NCBI GenBank assembly: GCA_965651205.1 | Contig: CBFGRM010000003.1 | Span: 16,181-80,180 of the forward strand | Source of the DNA: an uncultured bacterium | GTDB lineage: Bacteria; Gemmatimonadota; Gemmatimonadetes; Gemmatimonadales; GWC2-71-9 | DNA length: 64,000 bases | Reading direction: 5' to 3' | Shown: in pieces, positions 9,488 through 18,731 of the stretch | How the letters are laid out: every line of letters starts with the position of its first letter | Numbering within the stretch: the first letter of the stretch is position 1 | Notes under the pieces: generated by a model | What the model was told of the DNA's origin: nothing | The model's input: the letters and a program-made list of their open reading frames with translations, nothing else | Databases searched by the model: none | Position numbers and translations under genes: made by a program

Positions 9488-10357
9488 GTGGTCGCTATTG
9501 TCGGGATCATCGTTGTCGTCGTGGCCGTGCTGGGCGGATTCGCTATGGCGAACGGCCCGTTTGGCGTGCTGCTGGCCTGGTCCGAATGGGTGATCATCGT
9601 CGGCACCGGCCTCGGCACGATGCTGGTCGCCACCCCGGCCCCGGTGCTCAAGTCGATGTTTGCCCGGATCCCCAAGGTGTTCAGGCCCAGCCCATACGAC
9701 CGCTCGTTGTACCTGGACGTGTTGCGGCTGCTGTTCGAGCTGTTCCAGACCGCCCGGCGCGACGGCCTGATCGCAATCGAGTCCCACATCGAACGGCCCG
9801 AGGAAAGCGAGATCTTCAAGCGGTATCCCCGCTTCCTCGCCAACCATCACGCAGTCGAGTTCCTCAGTGACGCGCTCCGAACCGTGCTGGTGGGCAGCGT
9901 GTCGGCGTTCGACCTCGAGGCGATGCTCGAAGCGGAGATCGAGGTGCACCACGACAGCGCGGCCCTGCCCGTTACCGCACTCAACCGGGTGGCCGATTCG
10001 CTGCCGGGCATCGGCATCGTGGCCGCCGTCCTCGGCATCGTCGTGACGATGCAGAGTCTGGGCGGACCGATCGAGGAGATCGGTCACCACGTCGGCGCGG
10101 CACTGGTGGGCACCTTCCTCGGCATCCTGCTGTCCTACGGTTTCCTGGCGCCGATCGCGGCCAATATGGAGGCCCGCAACGGCGAGGAACACGGGCTCTA
10201 CTTCGCACTCAAGGCCGGCATCGTGGCGTTCGCCAAGAACCTGCCGCCGATGGTGGCGGTCGAGTTCGCGCGCAAGGCAATCAACGGTGATTCCCGGCCG
10301 ACGTTCCTGGAGATGGAAGCCGCCTGCAAGGCAACCAGGAAGGAAGCCACGGCGTGA
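9488..10357 (+). CDS. motA: Flagellar stator protein MotA
   Basis: ARRDGLIAIESHIE, LPGIGIVAAVLG, ALVGTFLGILLSYG, VEFARK. Confidence 0.96.
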   Translation: MVAIVGIIVVVVAVLGGFAMANGPFGVLLAWSEWVIIVGTGLGTMLVATPAPVLKSMFARIPKVFRPSPYDRSLYLDVLRLLFELFQTARRDGLIAIESHIERPEESEIFKRYPRFLANHHAVEFLSDALRTVLVGSVSAFDLEAMLEAEIEVHHDSAALPVTALNRVADSLPGIGIVAAVLGIVVTMQSLGGPIEEIGHHVGAALVGTFLGILLSYGFLAPIAANMEARNGEEHGLYFALKAGIVAFAKNLPPMVAVEFARKAINGDSRPTFLEMEAACKATRKEATA

Positions 10358-11175
10358 AGACCGAGCGCGAGCAGGTGATTCGCGTGGTCCGCAAGCGGCG
10401 CAAGGCGCACGGCCATCACGGCGGGGCGTGGAAGGTGGCGTTCGCCGACTTTATGACGTCGATGATGGCGCTGTTCCTGGTGCTGTGGCTGATCACCCAG
10501 AGTTCCGAGGTGCGCACCGCAATCGCCGGCTACTTCCAGGACCCGCTGGGACGCGCCAAGCAATTCGGTTCGTCGGTGGTGCCGGGCGAGGGTCAGCCCT
10601 TGCTGCCCGCCAAGCCTACGGTACAGGTGACGATGGCCGACGGCCGACGCGAGCAGTTGATCGCGCTCAGCGAGAAGCTGCGCAACGCACTGCCCGACAG
10701 CACCGACCTGGACGATCTCCGCGATCACGTCGAGATCGTGATCACCGACGACGGCCTGCGGATCTCGCTGCTGGAGGATTCCACCGACGTGTTCTTCGCC
10801 AGTGGCGACCCGCGACCGCTGCCACGCGCCGTGGTGCTGTTCGCCGCGATCGGACAGGTACTGAGCACCACCGGCTACACCGTGGTTATCGAGGGGCACA
10901 CCGACGCGATGCCGTATCGCGGTCGCGACGACTATGACAACTGGGAGCTCAGCGCTGGTCGAGCCAATTCGGTGCGCCGGGCCCTGCTCAAGGGCGGGCT
11001 GGGTGACGTGCAGGTAAGCGCGGTGCGCGGCCTGGCCGATCGCGAGCCCCGCATCGCAGCCGATCCATACGCCCCGCAGAACCGCAGGGTGACGATCCTG
11101 GTGTCGGTGCCTGATCCGCTGGCGGAGGCCGATCCCACCGTGGCAGCGTTCTCCACCGGAAAGTCCTCCACTTGA
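10354..11175 (+). CDS. motB: Flagellar stator protein MotB
   Basis: HGGAWKVAFADFMTSMMALFLVLWL TM with conserved Asp; OmpA-like EGHTD, NWELSAGRA, NRRV. Confidence 0.96.
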   Translation: MKTEREQVIRVVRKRRKAHGHHGGAWKVAFADFMTSMMALFLVLWLITQSSEVRTAIAGYFQDPLGRAKQFGSSVVPGEGQPLLPAKPTVQVTMADGRREQLIALSEKLRNALPDSTDLDDLRDHVEIVITDDGLRISLLEDSTDVFFASGDPRPLPRAVVLFAAIGQVLSTTGYTVVIEGHTDAMPYRGRDDYDNWELSAGRANSVRRALLKGGLGDVQVSAVRGLADREPRIAADPYAPQNRRVTILVSVPDPLAEADPTVAAFSTGKSST

Positions 11176-12332
11176 GTGGCCAGGCCGGGCAGCGACTGCT
11201 GCTTGTCGACGACAGCGCCCCCCGTCGAGCCGAGCTCGGCTTTACGCTGGAATCGAGTCACGGCTTCCGGGTGACTTCGTGCGCAACCGTTCGCGAGGCG
11301 CGCGACCGACTGGCCGAGTTTCCCGACTACGTGGCAGTGGTGACGCGCGCCACGCTGGGCGACCAGGACACCATTCCGTTGCTGCAGCGGGTGGCACGCG
11401 CCGGTTCCACCGGTCCCGTCGTGGTGGTGATCGCCACCGCCGCAGAGCAGGGATTGCGCCGATTGGCGTGGAGCGAGCGCGCAACCGCCGTGATCACCGA
11501 GCCGTTCGACGACACCGAGCTTGCCGCAGCACTCAGGTCGGCGCTGCTTCAGCGGCAGGCCCGCATCGACGCCATATCAGTGCAGCACGAACTGGCCAGC
11601 AGTGTCGACCACCTGCTGGACGTGCTGGTTCGGGTGCTCGACGCCGCGGTGCCGGGTTCGGCCGATCGCGCCGCCGAGCTGGTCCGACTGGTGAGCGGCA
11701 TCGGCGCGCACTTCACGATGGAATCGGTCCTCAGTGACGACCTGCTCCGAGCCGCGCGACTTGCGGAAGTGGGCCGGATCAATGCCGGCGTTGCGTCCGG
11801 TGATCGTGCCTCTCCCGGCGGCGGCTGGCCGCTGGCCTCCGCGCGCGTGGTGGCCCAGGTGCCGTTCCTGGAGAATGTCGCCACGTTGCTGGAACACGTC
11901 AGCGCCAACTGGGATGGCAGCGGCTGGCCGCAGGGCGTGCAGCGCGGCGAGATCCCGCTGCGGTCACGGATCCTGCGAGTGGCCCTCGACGCCCTGGCAC
12001 TGACATCGGGCGGTGGCGACACGCCGATGAGCCTGGCCGATGCCGCGACGCACCTGTCGACCGACAGCGGTCGGCGCTACGACCCTGCCGTGGTGGCGGC
12101 GCTCAGTGCGCTGGCTGCAGAAGGAAGGCCGTCGCTATCGGGGGAACAGACCAGCTCGGTCAGTTATGACCGCCTTGCGGAGGGAATGCAGCTCGCTGCC
12201 GACCTGCACACGATGTCGGGAGTCAAGCTGCTGTCGGCAGGCACGGTGCTCACCGGAACCACGCTGCAGTTCCTGCGACGTCGCCACGAGCTCGATCCAC
12301 TGGTGCTGCCGATACCGGTGCTGCAACGCTGA
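11172..12332 (+). CDS. Pseudo-receiver + degenerate HD-GYP domain protein, coupled to motB
   Basis: REC fold (LLLVDD...EPF) lacking phospho-Asp and Lys; HD-GYP-like AARLAEVGRI, EHVSANWDGSGWPQG...EIPLRSRIL; C-terminal LAEGMQLAADL...GVKLLSAGTVLT module; 4-nt overlap with motB. Confidence 0.8.
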   Translation: MSGQAGQRLLLVDDSAPRRAELGFTLESSHGFRVTSCATVREARDRLAEFPDYVAVVTRATLGDQDTIPLLQRVARAGSTGPVVVVIATAAEQGLRRLAWSERATAVITEPFDDTELAAALRSALLQRQARIDAISVQHELASSVDHLLDVLVRVLDAAVPGSADRAAELVRLVSGIGAHFTMESVLSDDLLRAARLAEVGRINAGVASGDRASPGGGWPLASARVVAQVPFLENVATLLEHVSANWDGSGWPQGVQRGEIPLRSRILRVALDALALTSGGGDTPMSLADAATHLSTDSGRRYDPAVVAALSALAAEGRPSLSGEQTSSVSYDRLAEGMQLAADLHTMSGVKLLSAGTVLTGTTLQFLRRRHELDPLVLPIPVLQR

Positions 12333-12338
12333 CACGAC

Positions 12339-12593
12339 TCAGTCGTCGGCGGCCCCGGGCCGGGGACGTGCCAGGGCCGGAATGAGCCCGTCGGGCAGGG
12401 CGACATCCGCGGTCACCGCCGCGCGACGGTTTTCCTCGGCCACCTGCTGCAGCAGTTCCTCGCGCAGCACCGACCGCTCGCGCGGCGCTTCGATGCCGAG
12501 CCTTACGCCCCGATGATCGCTTGAGAGCACCACGACGCGCACGTCACCGTCGATGACGATCGCCTCACCTTCCCTGCGCGTCAGGACCAGCAT
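12339..12593 (-). CDS. csrA: Carbon storage regulator CsrA (FliW-binding type with C-terminal extension)
   Basis: MLVLTRREGEAIVI...VRLGIEAPR...REEL...EENRRAA. Confidence 0.95.
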   Translation of the reverse strand: MLVLTRREGEAIVIDGDVRVVVLSSDHRGVRLGIEAPRERSVLREELLQQVAEENRRAAVTADVALPDGLIPALARPRPGAADD

Positions 12594-12595
12594 CG

Positions 12596-13963
12596 TCAGA
12601 CCATCCGCAGCACGTCTTGCATCATCTCGTCGGCGATGACCACCAGGCGGGAGGCCGCGGAGAATGCCTGTTGCTGCTGGATCAGCTTGATCATTTCCTC
12701 GTCGGTCGACACGCCGTGCACCGCCTGCCGCTGGGATTCGATGCTGGCTGTCAGCACGCCGGACGACTCGGCTGCCTGTGAGACATCGCGCACGATGCCA
12801 CCGAGACTGGCCACAACACCCGACAGGAATCCGGCCGGCGTGTCGCCGTTGAGGGAGGCGAACGGTGTGTGCCGCAAGGCGGCGATCTGCAGCGCCACGG
12901 CGTTGTCACCACTCGCTGCCGTGGCACCCGCGGCGATGTTGCGTACATCGGCAAGCGCGTCGCTCGACAGCGCGATGGTGCTGGCGGTGACTCCGGCCGG
13001 ATCGAACAGCGCCACTCCGGTGGTGCCGTTGCCGGTGTATCCCGCAGCGTGCGCCGAGTTGACCGCCGTCACCACTGCCTGGGCCAGCCGGTCCAGTTCG
13101 GCGCGCACGCCGGGGATTCCCTCGTTGATCAGTTCGGTGAGCCCCTGCAGCTTGCCGGCACCGTTGTTGACCAGCCGGGTGGAGCCGACAGTGCCCACCG
13201 CCAGCGCGCCGCCACCTTGCGGCCGTACTTCGAGGTCCTGTGCAACGCCGCCATCTACCAGCATTGCGTCGCCACCCATCACTGCAACCACACCGTGATC
13301 GCGGGGCAGCACCCTCACCTGGATCAGCCCGCTCAACTCGTCGATCCGGGCGTCGCGGATGTCCTCGAGATCGGGCGCGGTGTTGAGCGGACCGCCGCGA
13401 GCGGCAATCTCCTTGTTGAGACCGGCGATCTCGCGGGACAGGGTGTTGATCCGGGCCACCGTGTCATCGTACTCGCGACGGATCGCCACGCCTTCGCTGT
13501 CGAATCGCGCACCGGTCTCCCGGAGCCGGCTCGCCACCAGTGCCGCGGCGCTGCGCACCGCCACTCGCGCCGAACCGCTGGTGGGAGAATCGGCCAGATC
13601 GCTGAATGCGTTCCAGAAGCCATCGAGCGCCGCGCTGATTCCCAGCTCTCCCGGCTCCATCAGGGCGCCCTCGACTCGGGCCAGCGCGGTGCGCAGCGTG
13701 TCGGCGCGGGCGAAGTTGCCCTGTTCGCGCCTGAACGCAGCATCCAGGAACTGGTCACGGGCATTGAAGACCGCGACACCGCGAACACCGCGACCTACGC
13801 TGCCGTACGGGGTGTACAGCGGTGTCTCGGCCGCAAGTTCCAGCCGCTGACGGGTGTACCCCGGAGTGGTGGCGTTGGCGATGTTGTGCGACGTGACCGC
13901 CATCGCACGCTGGTGGGTGGTGAGCGCGGTCCGCGCGATGCTGAGAAGTGAGGCAAGCGACAC
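12596..13963 (-). CDS. flgK: Hook-filament junction protein FlgK
   Basis: SHNIANATTPGYTRQR; C-terminal GVSTDEEMIKLIQQQQAFSAASR. Confidence 0.95.
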   Translation of the reverse strand: MSLASLLSIARTALTTHQRAMAVTSHNIANATTPGYTRQRLELAAETPLYTPYGSVGRGVRGVAVFNARDQFLDAAFRREQGNFARADTLRTALARVEGALMEPGELGISAALDGFWNAFSDLADSPTSGSARVAVRSAAALVASRLRETGARFDSEGVAIRREYDDTVARINTLSREIAGLNKEIAARGGPLNTAPDLEDIRDARIDELSGLIQVRVLPRDHGVVAVMGGDAMLVDGGVAQDLEVRPQGGGALAVGTVGSTRLVNNGAGKLQGLTELINEGIPGVRAELDRLAQAVVTAVNSAHAAGYTGNGTTGVALFDPAGVTASTIALSSDALADVRNIAAGATAASGDNAVALQIAALRHTPFASLNGDTPAGFLSGVVASLGGIVRDVSQAAESSGVLTASIESQRQAVHGVSTDEEMIKLIQQQQAFSAASRLVVIADEMMQDVLRMV

Positions 13964-13965
13964 GG

Positions 13966-14475
13966 TCAGGCGCTCCGGTTGACGAGCGTGCCCCCGGGCA
14001 TCGCTGGTTGCGCCTTGCGGCGCTGCGGATCGCCGTACGATGTGGACTGCGGCACCACCGAACTGAACAGCGCCTGCAGGTAGGCATTGCCGGCGTGCAT
14101 CGCGCCCTGAAGCACTTCCTGTGTCAGCGCCAGGTCACGGATCGTCGCCTCGGCTTCGCGACGCAGCGCGGCGCGCGATTCCTTGAGACCCTCGACCGGA
14201 CCGAGCTCCTGTTCGAGAGTGTCGAGTCGCACCGGCCGGCCGCCCGACGCCAGCCGCAGCAGGTCCTCCCGGCGGCGCCTGGCAGCGTCGAGAGTCAGCA
14301 CCGTGCTGGCCACCGCGCGCGATGCCAGTTCGATCGCCTCGGGGTCGCTGCTCGCCACTCCATCGCGTTGCTGCCCCAGCGCCAGCCGCAGTTGTCGGAG
14401 CAGTTGCTGCTCGCCGCGCGTGGACGCCACGATTTGTTGCGCGGCGTCGCGGGCTGATTCAGCGATCGGATCCAT
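13966..14475 (-). CDS. flgN: Flagellar export chaperone FlgN-like
   Basis: Helical 169 aa between flgJ and flgK; C-terminal SYG...TLVNRSA tail typical of FlgN. Confidence 0.7.
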   Translation of the reverse strand: MDPIAESARDAAQQIVASTRGEQQLLRQLRLALGQQRDGVASSDPEAIELASRAVASTVLTLDAARRRREDLLRLASGGRPVRLDTLEQELGPVEGLKESRAALRREAEATIRDLALTQEVLQGAMHAGNAYLQALFSSVVPQSTSYGDPQRRKAQPAMPGGTLVNRSA

Positions 14476-14794
14476 CTGCCGCCTCCAATGTCCCCTGGGG
14501 CACGACTGCAGTCGCTCCCTCGGGTGGCAGGTGGCGACTCAATTGGCGATAAAGCGACACTGCAAGCCCGCGATCATTCTGCCTGACGGCTTCCAGTGCC
14601 ACCTGTTCATCCAGCATCCCGCGGAAGATCCGTTCCCCCGCCGACGGCTCCATCAGGCCGCCCTCCGGAACAGCATCCCGCATCGCCTGCAACATCTGCT
14701 GCAGGAACACCGCTTCGAGCGCCTGCGCCTGCTCAAGCAACCTGGCGTGATCGCTGCCCGGCGGCGGTGCCACGGGCCTGATCGGTGGCGTCAT
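14459..14794 (-). CDS. flgJ: FlgJ rod-binding (rod-cap) domain only, no muramidase domain
   Basis: AQALEAVFLQQMLQAMRDAVP...FRGMLDEQVA...GLAVSLYRQL; 111 aa. Confidence 0.9.
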   Translation of the reverse strand: MTPPIRPVAPPPGSDHARLLEQAQALEAVFLQQMLQAMRDAVPEGGLMEPSAGERIFRGMLDEQVALEAVRQNDRGLAVSLYRQLSRHLPPEGATAVVPQGTLEAADGSDR

Positions 14795-15831
14795 CGCACC
14801 ACCACCGCTGCGGTGACCGCACCGGCCGCCCTGAGCCCGTCGAACACTGCCACCACATCGCTGGCACGCGCGCCGAGGGCGCGCAGGCCGGTTGCGATGT
14901 CCTGCACCGTTGCCCCGGCTTGCAGTGCGATCAGTCCCTCGGGCAATACCGCATTGCTGTCGGCGACCGAGCCACCGACCCGCAAGGTCAGCCCCTCGAG
15001 CGACACCACTGCATCGCTCACCATCACCCCGCCACCGGCTACCACCGTGCCGGTGCGGCCGTCGATGACGATCCTGGCCGGTGCCGACACGGCAACCGGG
15101 ATGGTGTCGATCGAGGCCAGAAAGCTGACGAGGTTATCGGTCGAGCCCTGGGGTGGGCTGAGTTCGACCGCACCGGGGTCGATCGCCCGCGCCGTACCAT
15201 CGCCGAGTGCTCCGTCGATCGCCTCGGCGATCCGGGCGGCGGTGGTCAGGTCCGGTGTCTTGAGAAGCAGCCTCGGCGTGCCGCCGTCGCCCACCGCCGG
15301 CAGCGGGGCCTCCAGGATCCCGCCGTCGGGGATCCGCCCGCTGGCTCCACCGCGACTGCCCCAGCGACGACGACCCTCACCGACCTCCACCGGCAACGCG
15401 CCCTGCGCGCTCGCCAGGGGCGGCGCATCGGGCGAGGCAAGCATCGGCGTGATCCACAGTACGCCGCCCTTGAGCGAGGTCGCATCGCCCAGTGACGCCA
15501 CCTGCACCTCGAAGCGGCCACCGGGCCTGGTGTGGGGCAGCAATTCGGCTGTCACCACCACCGCCGCGACGTTGCGCAGCCGCAGCCTCTCGGCGGGGAT
15601 CTCGACATTGAAGCGGCGCAGCAGGTTGGTCACCGAGCGCACCGTGTGAACCGCGCCGACATTGCTGCCGAACGAACGATCGCCCGTGCCGTCGAGTCCG
15701 ACCACCAGACCGTAGCCGACCAGTCGCACCGGGATCTCGCCCTCACGGAAGGTCAGATCGCCGACCAGCGACTGCGCGACCAGTGCTGTCGGCAGCAGCA
15801 GGGCGAGCAGGCCCAGTCGGATCACGGCCAC
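14791..15831 (-). CDS. flgI: Flagellar P-ring protein FlgI
   Basis: LVGYGLVVGLDGTGD, NVAAVVVTA, SLGDATSLKGG, IVIDGRTGTVV. Confidence 0.95.
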   Translation of the reverse strand: MAVIRLGLLALLLPTALVAQSLVGDLTFREGEIPVRLVGYGLVVGLDGTGDRSFGSNVGAVHTVRSVTNLLRRFNVEIPAERLRLRNVAAVVVTAELLPHTRPGGRFEVQVASLGDATSLKGGVLWITPMLASPDAPPLASAQGALPVEVGEGRRRWGSRGGASGRIPDGGILEAPLPAVGDGGTPRLLLKTPDLTTAARIAEAIDGALGDGTARAIDPGAVELSPPQGSTDNLVSFLASIDTIPVAVSAPARIVIDGRTGTVVAGGGVMVSDAVVSLEGLTLRVGGSVADSNAVLPEGLIALQAGATVQDIATGLRALGARASDVVAVFDGLRAAGAVTAAVVVR

Positions 15832-16433
15832 AGGAACCCCAGCAGCTTGCCCAGGATGCCGGTCTTGGGGCCGATCTTCTTGCCGAGATAGTAGATCTCG
15901 CCGTCGGCAATGCGCGAAGAGAGCACCGTGTTCTGTTGCGACACGTCCTCCGAGCGCACCACGCCGGTGATCCGCAACTCCTGACGGCGGCCATCGATGG
16001 TCACCAGCTTGTTGCCCTCAACCGTGGCCAGCCCGGCCTGGTCCACGGTCAGAACACGGACGCTGACGACCGCTATCAGCGAGCCGGAGCGCTCGCGCCT
16101 GCCGGTCTGATCGGACGATGCACCGTAGCCGATCCCCAGCGCCTCAAGATCTTCAGGGGCAAACTTGGCGCTGAGTGAGGCGCGCTGATTGCGGTCGGAT
16201 CGCGCCACGTCGGAAGCCCGTTCGGTGGCCAGGGCTCGCTCGTCGACCACCACTGTCAGGATGTCGCCCACTCGAAGCGGCCGACGATCGCTGGTCCACG
16301 ACTGCCGCACCGGTGGCCCCGAGATCACCACTTGAGCGCCGCTGTCCGCCACCGCAGGCACCTGGGCCGGTGCCAGTGCGATGTCCAGCATCAGCAGCAG
16401 GGCGCACACCACTGCACAGGTTCGCATCTTCAT
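15822..16433 (-). CDS. flgH: Flagellar L-ring protein FlgH
   Basis: DRRPLRVGDILTVVVDE, EGNKLVTIDG, ITGVVRSEDV...NTVLSSRIAD; ATG at 16433 overlaps flgA stop. Confidence 0.9.
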   Translation of the reverse strand: MKMRTCAVVCALLLMLDIALAPAQVPAVADSGAQVVISGPPVRQSWTSDRRPLRVGDILTVVVDERALATERASDVARSDRNQRASLSAKFAPEDLEALGIGYGASSDQTGRRERSGSLIAVVSVRVLTVDQAGLATVEGNKLVTIDGRRQELRITGVVRSEDVSQQNTVLSSRIADGEIYYLGKKIGPKTGILGKLLGFLWP

Positions 16434-17104
16434 CGTGAGCCGCCTTCCAGAATGGCCTCTCCGGGGCCGGTGGCACGGCCGGTCAACCGCGCGTCTCCTG
16501 CCCGGGCACGGACCGATTCTCCCAGCCGTGCCGATGCGATCGCGGTGGCCACCCTTTCGAGTCGCACCGCACCGCGTTGCCACACGAACGCCACCTTGTC
16601 GCCGGCCGCAATCACCCGAGGTGATTGCAGCATAGACTGATCCAGCGGCTCGCCGGTTGCCACCGCGCGGCGCACTTCCCACCCGATCGGCAACTCGTCC
16701 TGCAGGCTGTGGTTGGCGCTGCCCCACGCCACAGCACAATCCCAGGTGACATCGGTATCGGCTATGATGTGGCCGCGCCCGAGCGGTCGCGATGCGACCG
16801 GCAACCGTGACACCACGCCGCCTCGTACTCTCACCGCCACCGGTCCGGCTTCGCCGCGCCGCACCGTGGCGACCAGCCAGCCGCCCTTGCCAACCGGCCC
16901 CAGTCTCACGGTCACCGCACCGGTGTCGGCCGCCCAGGCGGGCAGTCGCCCCCACTCCAGCACCAGTTCTTCCGGATCGGCGTCCAGTTGCTGCGCAAGC
17001 GCCTCGCGCACCGCCCGCGACACCGGCAACGGCGGCACGGTGTCGGCAGTCGGCGCGGGGAGGCCCGCCACCAGTGTCAGCAGCAACTCAGCGGATGAGA
17101 TCAT
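16430..17104 (-). CDS. flgA: P-ring assembly chaperone FlgA
   Basis: SAF-like VASRPLGRGHIIADTDV, VIAAGDKV, ARLGESVRAR; between flgG and flgH. Confidence 0.85.
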   Translation of the reverse strand: MISSAELLLTLVAGLPAPTADTVPPLPVSRAVREALAQQLDADPEELVLEWGRLPAWAADTGAVTVRLGPVGKGGWLVATVRRGEAGPVAVRVRGGVVSRLPVASRPLGRGHIIADTDVTWDCAVAWGSANHSLQDELPIGWEVRRAVATGEPLDQSMLQSPRVIAAGDKVAFVWQRGAVRLERVATAIASARLGESVRARAGDARLTGRATGPGEAILEGGSR

Positions 17105-17870
17105 TGATCGACTGCATCATCGTCTCCGCGGTGCGGATCGCCCGCGAATTGATTTCGTATGCGCGCTGAGCCGCGATCATATCGGTCATTTCCTGCACGA
17201 TCTCGACGTTGCTCGACTCCAGCGCGCCCTGCACGATGCGGCCGTAGCCCTCCTCGCGCGGGAAGCCGACCATTGCGAAGCCCGATGCCACCGACTCGGT
17301 GAACAGGTTGCCACCAATCGCCAGCAAGCCGGTCGGATTGGCGAAGCGGGCCAGCTCGAGCCGACCGATCTCGATGGTCGAACCGTCGGCAGTGTTGGTC
17401 ACCGTCACGGCGCCTGTCTCCGAGATCGTCACGGCGGTGGCGTCGGGCGGCAGCACGATCTCGGGCACCAACGCGTGCCCGGCCGAGGTGACTATCTGAC
17501 CGGTGTCGGACAAGGTGAACGAGCCATCGCGCGTGTAGGCGAGGGTGCCATCGGCGAGTTCCACCTGGAAGAACCCCTCGCCCTCGATCGCCAGGTCGAG
17601 CGGTCGACCGGTGATTTCGGCCCCGCCCTGCGCGTGGATCCGGGTGATCGTCGCGAGCCTGACGCCGTGTCCGACCTGCATCGCGCCGATGGTTCCCTCG
17701 CCGGCGGTGGCCCGCGGTCCCTGCACCGTTTCGTAGAGCAGGTCCTCGAAGTTGGTGCGGCTGCGCTTGAAGCCGGTGGTGTTGACGTTGGCCAGGTTGT
17801 TGGCGATCACGTCGACGCGCTTCTGCTGGGCGATCATTCCGCTGGCCGAGGTACGCAGGCTGTCGGTCAT
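17088..17870 (-). CDS. flgG: Distal rod protein FlgG
   Basis: ANNLANVNTTGFK, FEDLLY, YTRDGSF, LESSNV...AQRAYEINSR; 260 aa. Confidence 0.96.
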   Translation of the reverse strand: MTDSLRTSASGMIAQQKRVDVIANNLANVNTTGFKRSRTNFEDLLYETVQGPRATAGEGTIGAMQVGHGVRLATITRIHAQGGAEITGRPLDLAIEGEGFFQVELADGTLAYTRDGSFTLSDTGQIVTSAGHALVPEIVLPPDATAVTISETGAVTVTNTADGSTIEIGRLELARFANPTGLLAIGGNLFTESVASGFAMVGFPREEGYGRIVQGALESSNVEIVQEMTDMIAAQRAYEINSRAIRTAETMMQSINDLIR

Positions 17871-17901
17871 TGCAGGTTCTCCAGGCTGGGCAGGTGGCGC
17901 A

Positions 17902-18585
17902 TCAGAAACGCCCGATGTCCGTGGTCACGGTTGTCATCACCATATCGTGCGTCCGCATCGCGTCGACACCGGCGGCATAGGCGCGCTGGATCCGGATCAT
18001 CTCCACTGTTTCCTCCAGTGTCTCGACGTTGCCGTCCTCCAGCGCGCCCTGACGCACCCTCGCCGAGTCGAGGGTGAAGGTCGGAGTGGTGGCACGGAAG
18101 CGGCCGTGCCCTTCCTTCTCCAGTGTCATCGGATTGGCCACCGTTTCGATCCGGAGCCGGTCGACCCTCGCGCCATCGACTATGATCGTGCCGTCGGGTT
18201 CGATCACCAGTTCGCGTCCGTTGACGTGCAGCTCACCTTCGCGCCCGAGCAGCCGGTGGCCGTCGCGGTTGACCAGGAAACCCTGGCCGTCGATCTCGAG
18301 ACCGCCACCGCGAGTGAGTCGTTCACCGGCGGGAGTCTGCACGACCAGGAACCCCTCGGTCTCGAGCGCGACATCGAGCACCCGATGGGTGTCGCGCAAC
18401 ACGCCCTGACTCAGGTCGAGACGCATCAACGCCTCGGGCCAGTGCGACTCGAAGCTCTGCGCCGACATCCGGTCGGCCTTGAACGCCTCCGACGATGCGT
18501 TGGCGAGATTGTTGGCGGTGACCTCCTGCAGCCGGGAGTAGTAGGCCAGGCTGCGGGCTGTCACCACCACGCTGGGGACCGTCAT
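17902..18585 (-). CDS. flgF: Proximal rod protein FlgF
   Basis: ANNLANAS, DVALETEGF, LTRGG, QGALEDGNV...IQRAY; upstream of flgG. Confidence 0.88.
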   Translation of the reverse strand: MTVPSVVVTARSLAYYSRLQEVTANNLANASSEAFKADRMSAQSFESHWPEALMRLDLSQGVLRDTHRVLDVALETEGFLVVQTPAGERLTRGGGLEIDGQGFLVNRDGHRLLGREGELHVNGRELVIEPDGTIIVDGARVDRLRIETVANPMTLEKEGHGRFRATTPTFTLDSARVRQGALEDGNVETLEETVEMIRIQRAYAAGVDAMRTHDMVMTTVTTDIGRF

Positions 18586-18616
18586 TTCACCTCCAGAGCG
18601 GTGTCAAGTGACAGGG

Positions 18617-18632
18617 AGCAAGCGGCGTGCCG
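18617..18632 (-). promoter_or_regulatory. sigma54 promoter for flgF-flgG-flgA-flgH-flgI-flgJ-flgN-flgK-csrA
   Basis: Minus strand CGGCACGCCGCTTGCT; IHF-like tract ~18648-18672. Confidence 0.8.
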
Positions 18633-18698
18633 CCCATTGACAGACCATAACTCCTTGCCAGGCAACACTTTGCAGACCTTCCCCGGGCCCTCCCGAGG

Positions 18699-18730
18699 CG
18701 GACATTCCTGCCGGTCGGCAACGGCTGCCG
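18699..18730. promoter_or_regulatory. Tandem enhancer (UAS) sites for sigma54 activator
   Basis: CGGAC-ATTCC-TGCCG (18699-18713) and CGGCA-ACGGC-TGCCG (18716-18730). Confidence 0.7.
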
Positions 18731-18731
18731 G

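Noticed and set aside
11172-12332. Active c-di-GMP phosphodiesterase, or a pseudogene
   Set aside because: Metal-binding residues are absent, so unlikely active; the ORF is intact, full-length and coupled to motB, so not called a pseudogene.
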